Position numbers and translations under genes: made by a program. A stretch of 40,887 bases of DNA from an uncultured Chromatiales bacterium (lineage in GTDB: Bacteria; Pseudomonadota; Gammaproteobacteria; JACKNK01; CAYPEH01): assembly GCA_964409585.1 (NCBI GenBank), contig CAYPEH010000007.1, positions 1-40,887 of the forward strand. Reading direction: 5' to 3'. The first letter of the stretch is position 1. Each line of letters starts with the position of its first letter. A model generated the notes under the pieces. That model made no database searches. It saw only the letters and a list, made by a program, of their open reading frames with translations, and had not been told where the DNA came from. This document shows positions 38,732-40,887 of the stretch, one piece after another.

Positions 38732-38868
38732 GGAACCTCCTGTGGAAAGTGGGCAACGGTTCTATAGACCGCTCGGTCTGAAGATGGTTCGCAGAATAGC
38801 ATGGGGGGCATGGGGGTCAACCGGCGTGCGGGGAGGGGAGGCTCTACCTCAGTTTGGGTGCGGTGAGG

Positions 38869-38891
38869 CAAATGGCAGAGAGGGTGGGATT
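38869..38891 (-). repeat. Duplicate of the tRNA-Ser 3' end plus 4 flanking nt (23 nt, 1 mismatch versus 39054-39076)
   Basis: CAAATGGCAGAGAGGGTGGGATT versus CAAATGGCGGAGAGGGTGGGATT. Confidence 0.8.
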
Positions 38892-38892
38892 G

Positions 38893-38968
38893 TTCCGGGC
38901 ATCCTGCCCTCCACCCCTTCGGGGCCGCCGCTGCGCGGCGTTCAAATCCGTTCCCGACGGATTTGTCG
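38893..38968. repeat. 76-nt double-hairpin repeat, copy A
   Basis: TTCCGGGCATCCTGCCCTCCACCCCTTCGGGGCCGCCGCTGCGCGGCGTTCAAATCCGTTCCCGACGGATTTGTCG. Hairpins CGCCGC-TGC-GCGGCG and AAATCCG-TTCCCGA-CGGATTT. Confidence 0.75.
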
Positions 38969-39057
38969 AACCCGGCATGGTTGATTTCCGTGGGTTCGAA
39001 TCGAGGTTTTGCGGGAGGCATGGCAATTCGTTCCGCCTCCGGTACAAAGGGGGCAAA

Positions 39058-39145
39058 TGGCGGAGAGGGTGGGATTCGAACCCACGGACCCGCGAGGGTC
39101 AACGGTTTTCAAGACCGCCGCTTTCGACCACTCAGCCACCTCTCC
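39058..39145 (-). tRNA. tRNA-Ser (anticodon UGA), 88 nt with long variable arm and encoded CCA
   Basis: The reverse complement reads GGAGAGGTGGCTGAGTGGTCGAAAGCGGCGGTCTTGAAAACCGTTGACCCTCGCGGGTCCGTGGGTTCGAATCCCACCCTCTCCGCCA. Cloverleaf checked by hand. Collinear with E. coli tRNA-Ser(UGA). Confidence 0.93.
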
Positions 39146-39218
39146 AAATATCCCAAGACCGGCTTTTCCATGAATGGGCATGCCTGGTTGCGGGTCGCGG
39201 CGGTGTCCGCCGCTTGTA

Positions 39219-39294
39219 TTCCGGGCATCCTGCCCTCCACCCCTTCGGGGCTGCCGCTGCGCGGCGTTCAAAATCGTTCCCGACGATTTTGTCG
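39219..39294. repeat. 76-nt double-hairpin repeat, copy B
   Basis: Same as copy A with paired changes in the second stem (AAAATCG-TTCCCGA-CGATTTT). Confidence 0.75.
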
Positions 39295-39313
39295 GCCACT
39301 CAGCCGCCTTTCC
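39292..39313 (-). repeat. Fragment resembling the tRNA-Ser 5' half (acceptor/D arm), 18 of 22 matches to 39124-39145
   Basis: TCGGCCACTCAGCCGCCTTTCC versus TCGACCACTCAGCCACCTCTCC. Confidence 0.55.
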
Positions 39314-39351
39314 GGCACGGGGCGGCAAGGATACAGGATGGGCGCGCGGGC

Positions 39352-39849
39352 TTACAGCCCTTCGTGATCCAGCAGCCGTTTCACCAGCGCCCGGCTGTCA
39401 TCGGGCCGGTCGGCTTCTTCCGCAGGTGTCCAGGACATGTCGTTTTCCAGGCGATAGGAGCCTTCATAGACGTGTGGCGGCTTGCCGTTCCAGTCCTCCG
39501 GCGACAGCATGGAGAAATGCAGGCTGCCGTCGTCGTGGCGATAGAGGTGATAGGTCCGGCCGGGTATGCGCTTGAAGTTGCAGCGGGCGCGGAACAGCTC
39601 CTGGTCTCGGCGGGCCTCTTTCAGAATGGCCCGCGCTTCGGTCTGCAGGGCGCGGATCTGATCGGCGATGACTCTCAGTTTGGAGCTGGTGCGTACCTCC
39701 AGAACCTGGTCGGCGGCAGCGATTTCCCTGGCCAGATCCACCAGTTCAAAACCGGGTGACAGCCGGCTTACGGGGTAGGGGGCATTGTGATCAGCCCCTT
39801 CGTGTACCCGGCCACGGCCCTGGTAGGGTTTGGTGTCGCTATCGTTCAT
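39352..39849 (-). CDS. Conserved hypothetical protein (165 aa; possibly DUF2452-like)
   Basis: ATG ORF with coding-like composition. The family assignment is from memory only. Confidence 0.6.
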   Translation of the reverse strand: MNDSDTKPYQGRGRVHEGADHNAPYPVSRLSPGFELVDLAREIAAADQVLEVRTSSKLRVIADQIRALQTEARAILKEARRDQELFRARCNFKRIPGRTYHLYRHDDGSLHFSMLSPEDWNGKPPHVYEGSYRLENDMSWTPAEEADRPDDSRALVKRLLDHEGL

Positions 39850-39967
39850 GGGGTTCCCAATCGGATCGGAATCGGCGGCATTGTATCGGTAAACCGCTCC
39901 TATCTCCCAACCCTCAGTAGCCTCTGAAGCAGTCAGGGATGGGGGGATTTCGTATAGTCCATCCTGC

Positions 39968-40885
39968 TTGGTTCCTGTTATATTCGGAAGCCGCTTGGAT
40001 CAGCTTACGTATGATGAGGGTCGGTCGGAAGTGATTGATATAAAAGAAAAAGAAACCGGGTCCATATTGTATCGGGTGGATGCGGACAGCCTCGTCGGAG
40101 CGGATTTGCGAGCGGTCGACCTCAGCCGTGCCGATTTGAGTGGACAGGACCTCACGGAGGCCAACCTTGCACAGTCCAATCTGACCGATGCGGATCTGAG
40201 CAATGCCATTCTGTGCAAGGCCGATCTGACCGGCGCATGTCTGCACAATACCGATCTGACCGGCGCCGATCTGAGCAAGGCCCGTTTCACGCGTGGGACC
40301 GCCCGGGGTACGGCGGATCTGTACGGTGCGGTCATGAAAGAGGCCATCCTGCTCAACGCAGACCTGCGTTTCGTCAGCATGCAGGGCGCCGACTTGAGTG
40401 GTGCCGACCTCAGCCATGCGGCGATGCAGCACGCCAACCTGGCCTCTGCCTGTCTCGATGGTGCCATCTTCTGCGATTCACTGCTGAATTCGGCCAATCT
40501 GAGTGGTTGCAGTCTGATCGGGGCCGATTTTTGCGGCGCCCATCTCAACCACGCGAATTTCTGTTCCGCCGATCTCTCGGATGCCCGGTTCAGTGGAGAA
40601 AAGACGCAAAAGCCGGCGGTGTTGACACGTGCCAATCTGCGCCGGGCCAAGTTGATCAATGCACAGCTGGCGCGGACATCGATGCAGCACGCCGATCTGT
40701 CCGAAGCCAATCTCACTGGTGCGAATCTGACCGGTGCCATGATGAGCGGTGTGCACATGCGCAGCGCCAATGTCAGCGAGGCGGATTTCAAGGACGTGGC
40801 GCTGGGCACGGTGACCATGGACTTCGCCAATTTCTCGCAGGCCCTGAATGCGGACGTGCCCGGACACAAGACCAATGTGCGCTGA
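39968..40885 (+). CDS. Pentapeptide-repeat protein (start uncertain; no in-frame ATG near the 5' end)
   Basis: About 45 consecutive A(D/N)LxX pentapeptides (ADLRAVDLSRADLSGQDLTEANLAQSNLTDADLS...). The ORF-track start is a TTG at 39968. Confidence 0.8.
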   Translation: MVPVIFGSRLDQLTYDEGRSEVIDIKEKETGSILYRVDADSLVGADLRAVDLSRADLSGQDLTEANLAQSNLTDADLSNAILCKADLTGACLHNTDLTGADLSKARFTRGTARGTADLYGAVMKEAILLNADLRFVSMQGADLSGADLSHAAMQHANLASACLDGAIFCDSLLNSANLSGCSLIGADFCGAHLNHANFCSADLSDARFSGEKTQKPAVLTRANLRRAKLINAQLARTSMQHADLSEANLTGANLTGAMMSGVHMRSANVSEADFKDVALGTVTMDFANFSQALNADVPGHKTNVR

Positions 40886-40887
40886 AT

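Noticed and set aside
38873-39050. A possible second tRNA-Ser gene interrupted by the 76-nt element (3' end at 38873-38891, then CGAACCC after the element).
   Set aside because: After conceptually removing the element, the remaining sequence does not give a matching acceptor stem or T-stem (3 of 5 pairs) and has no credible anticodon arm. Treated as fragments only.
38854-39759. 301-aa plus-strand ORF spanning the tRNA region.
   Set aside because: It runs through the tRNA-Ser gene, both 76-nt repeats and the antisense of the 39352-39849 gene. It is an artefact of GC-rich, stop-poor sequence.
1-40887. CRISPR arrays, prophage/integrase, transposase genes, toxin-antitoxin pairs, and restriction-modification or other known defence modules.
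   Set aside because: No regularly spaced short direct repeats, no recombinase/transposase-like ORF in any frame, and no short bicistronic TA-like pairs. All repeats found are palindromic non-coding elements.

Overview
GC-rich (about 60%) proteobacterial chromosomal segment with gammaproteobacterium-like synteny (hrpB next to mrcB; dksA-gluQ; cmk-rpsA-ihfB-lapA-lapB-pyrF). The taxon is inference only. Most of it is housekeeping. I see no CRISPR array, phage, transposase, integrase, toxin-antitoxin pair or recognisable defence operon, and I cannot claim a clearly novel protein system. Three things stand out. (1) A base-perfect direct duplication of at least 3,940 bp (1-3940 = 32960-36899) carries lapA-lapB-pyrF-galU; its visible right junction falls inside a MITE terminal repeat. 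(2) Non-autonomous palindromic elements are unusually dense: at least five MITE/REP-like families, about 3.2 kb or 8% of the window by my coordinates. Some have readable target-site duplications, some show compensatory stem changes between copies, and some supply the C-terminus and stop codon of host genes. (3) An acetate-switch neighbourhood on the minus strand: acs, a DnaQ-like exonuclease, a cNMP/CBS/DUF294 nucleotidyltransferase, a DUF4212-ActP symporter pair, and a cbrX-cbrA-cbrB-like two-component operon with two extra uncharacterised ORFs. A tRNA-Ser(UGA) gene is flanked by tRNA fragments and a 76-nt hairpin repeat. All coordinates were read by hand from the sequence and the ORF track. 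Family names come from recognised motifs and recalled homologues, not from searches.
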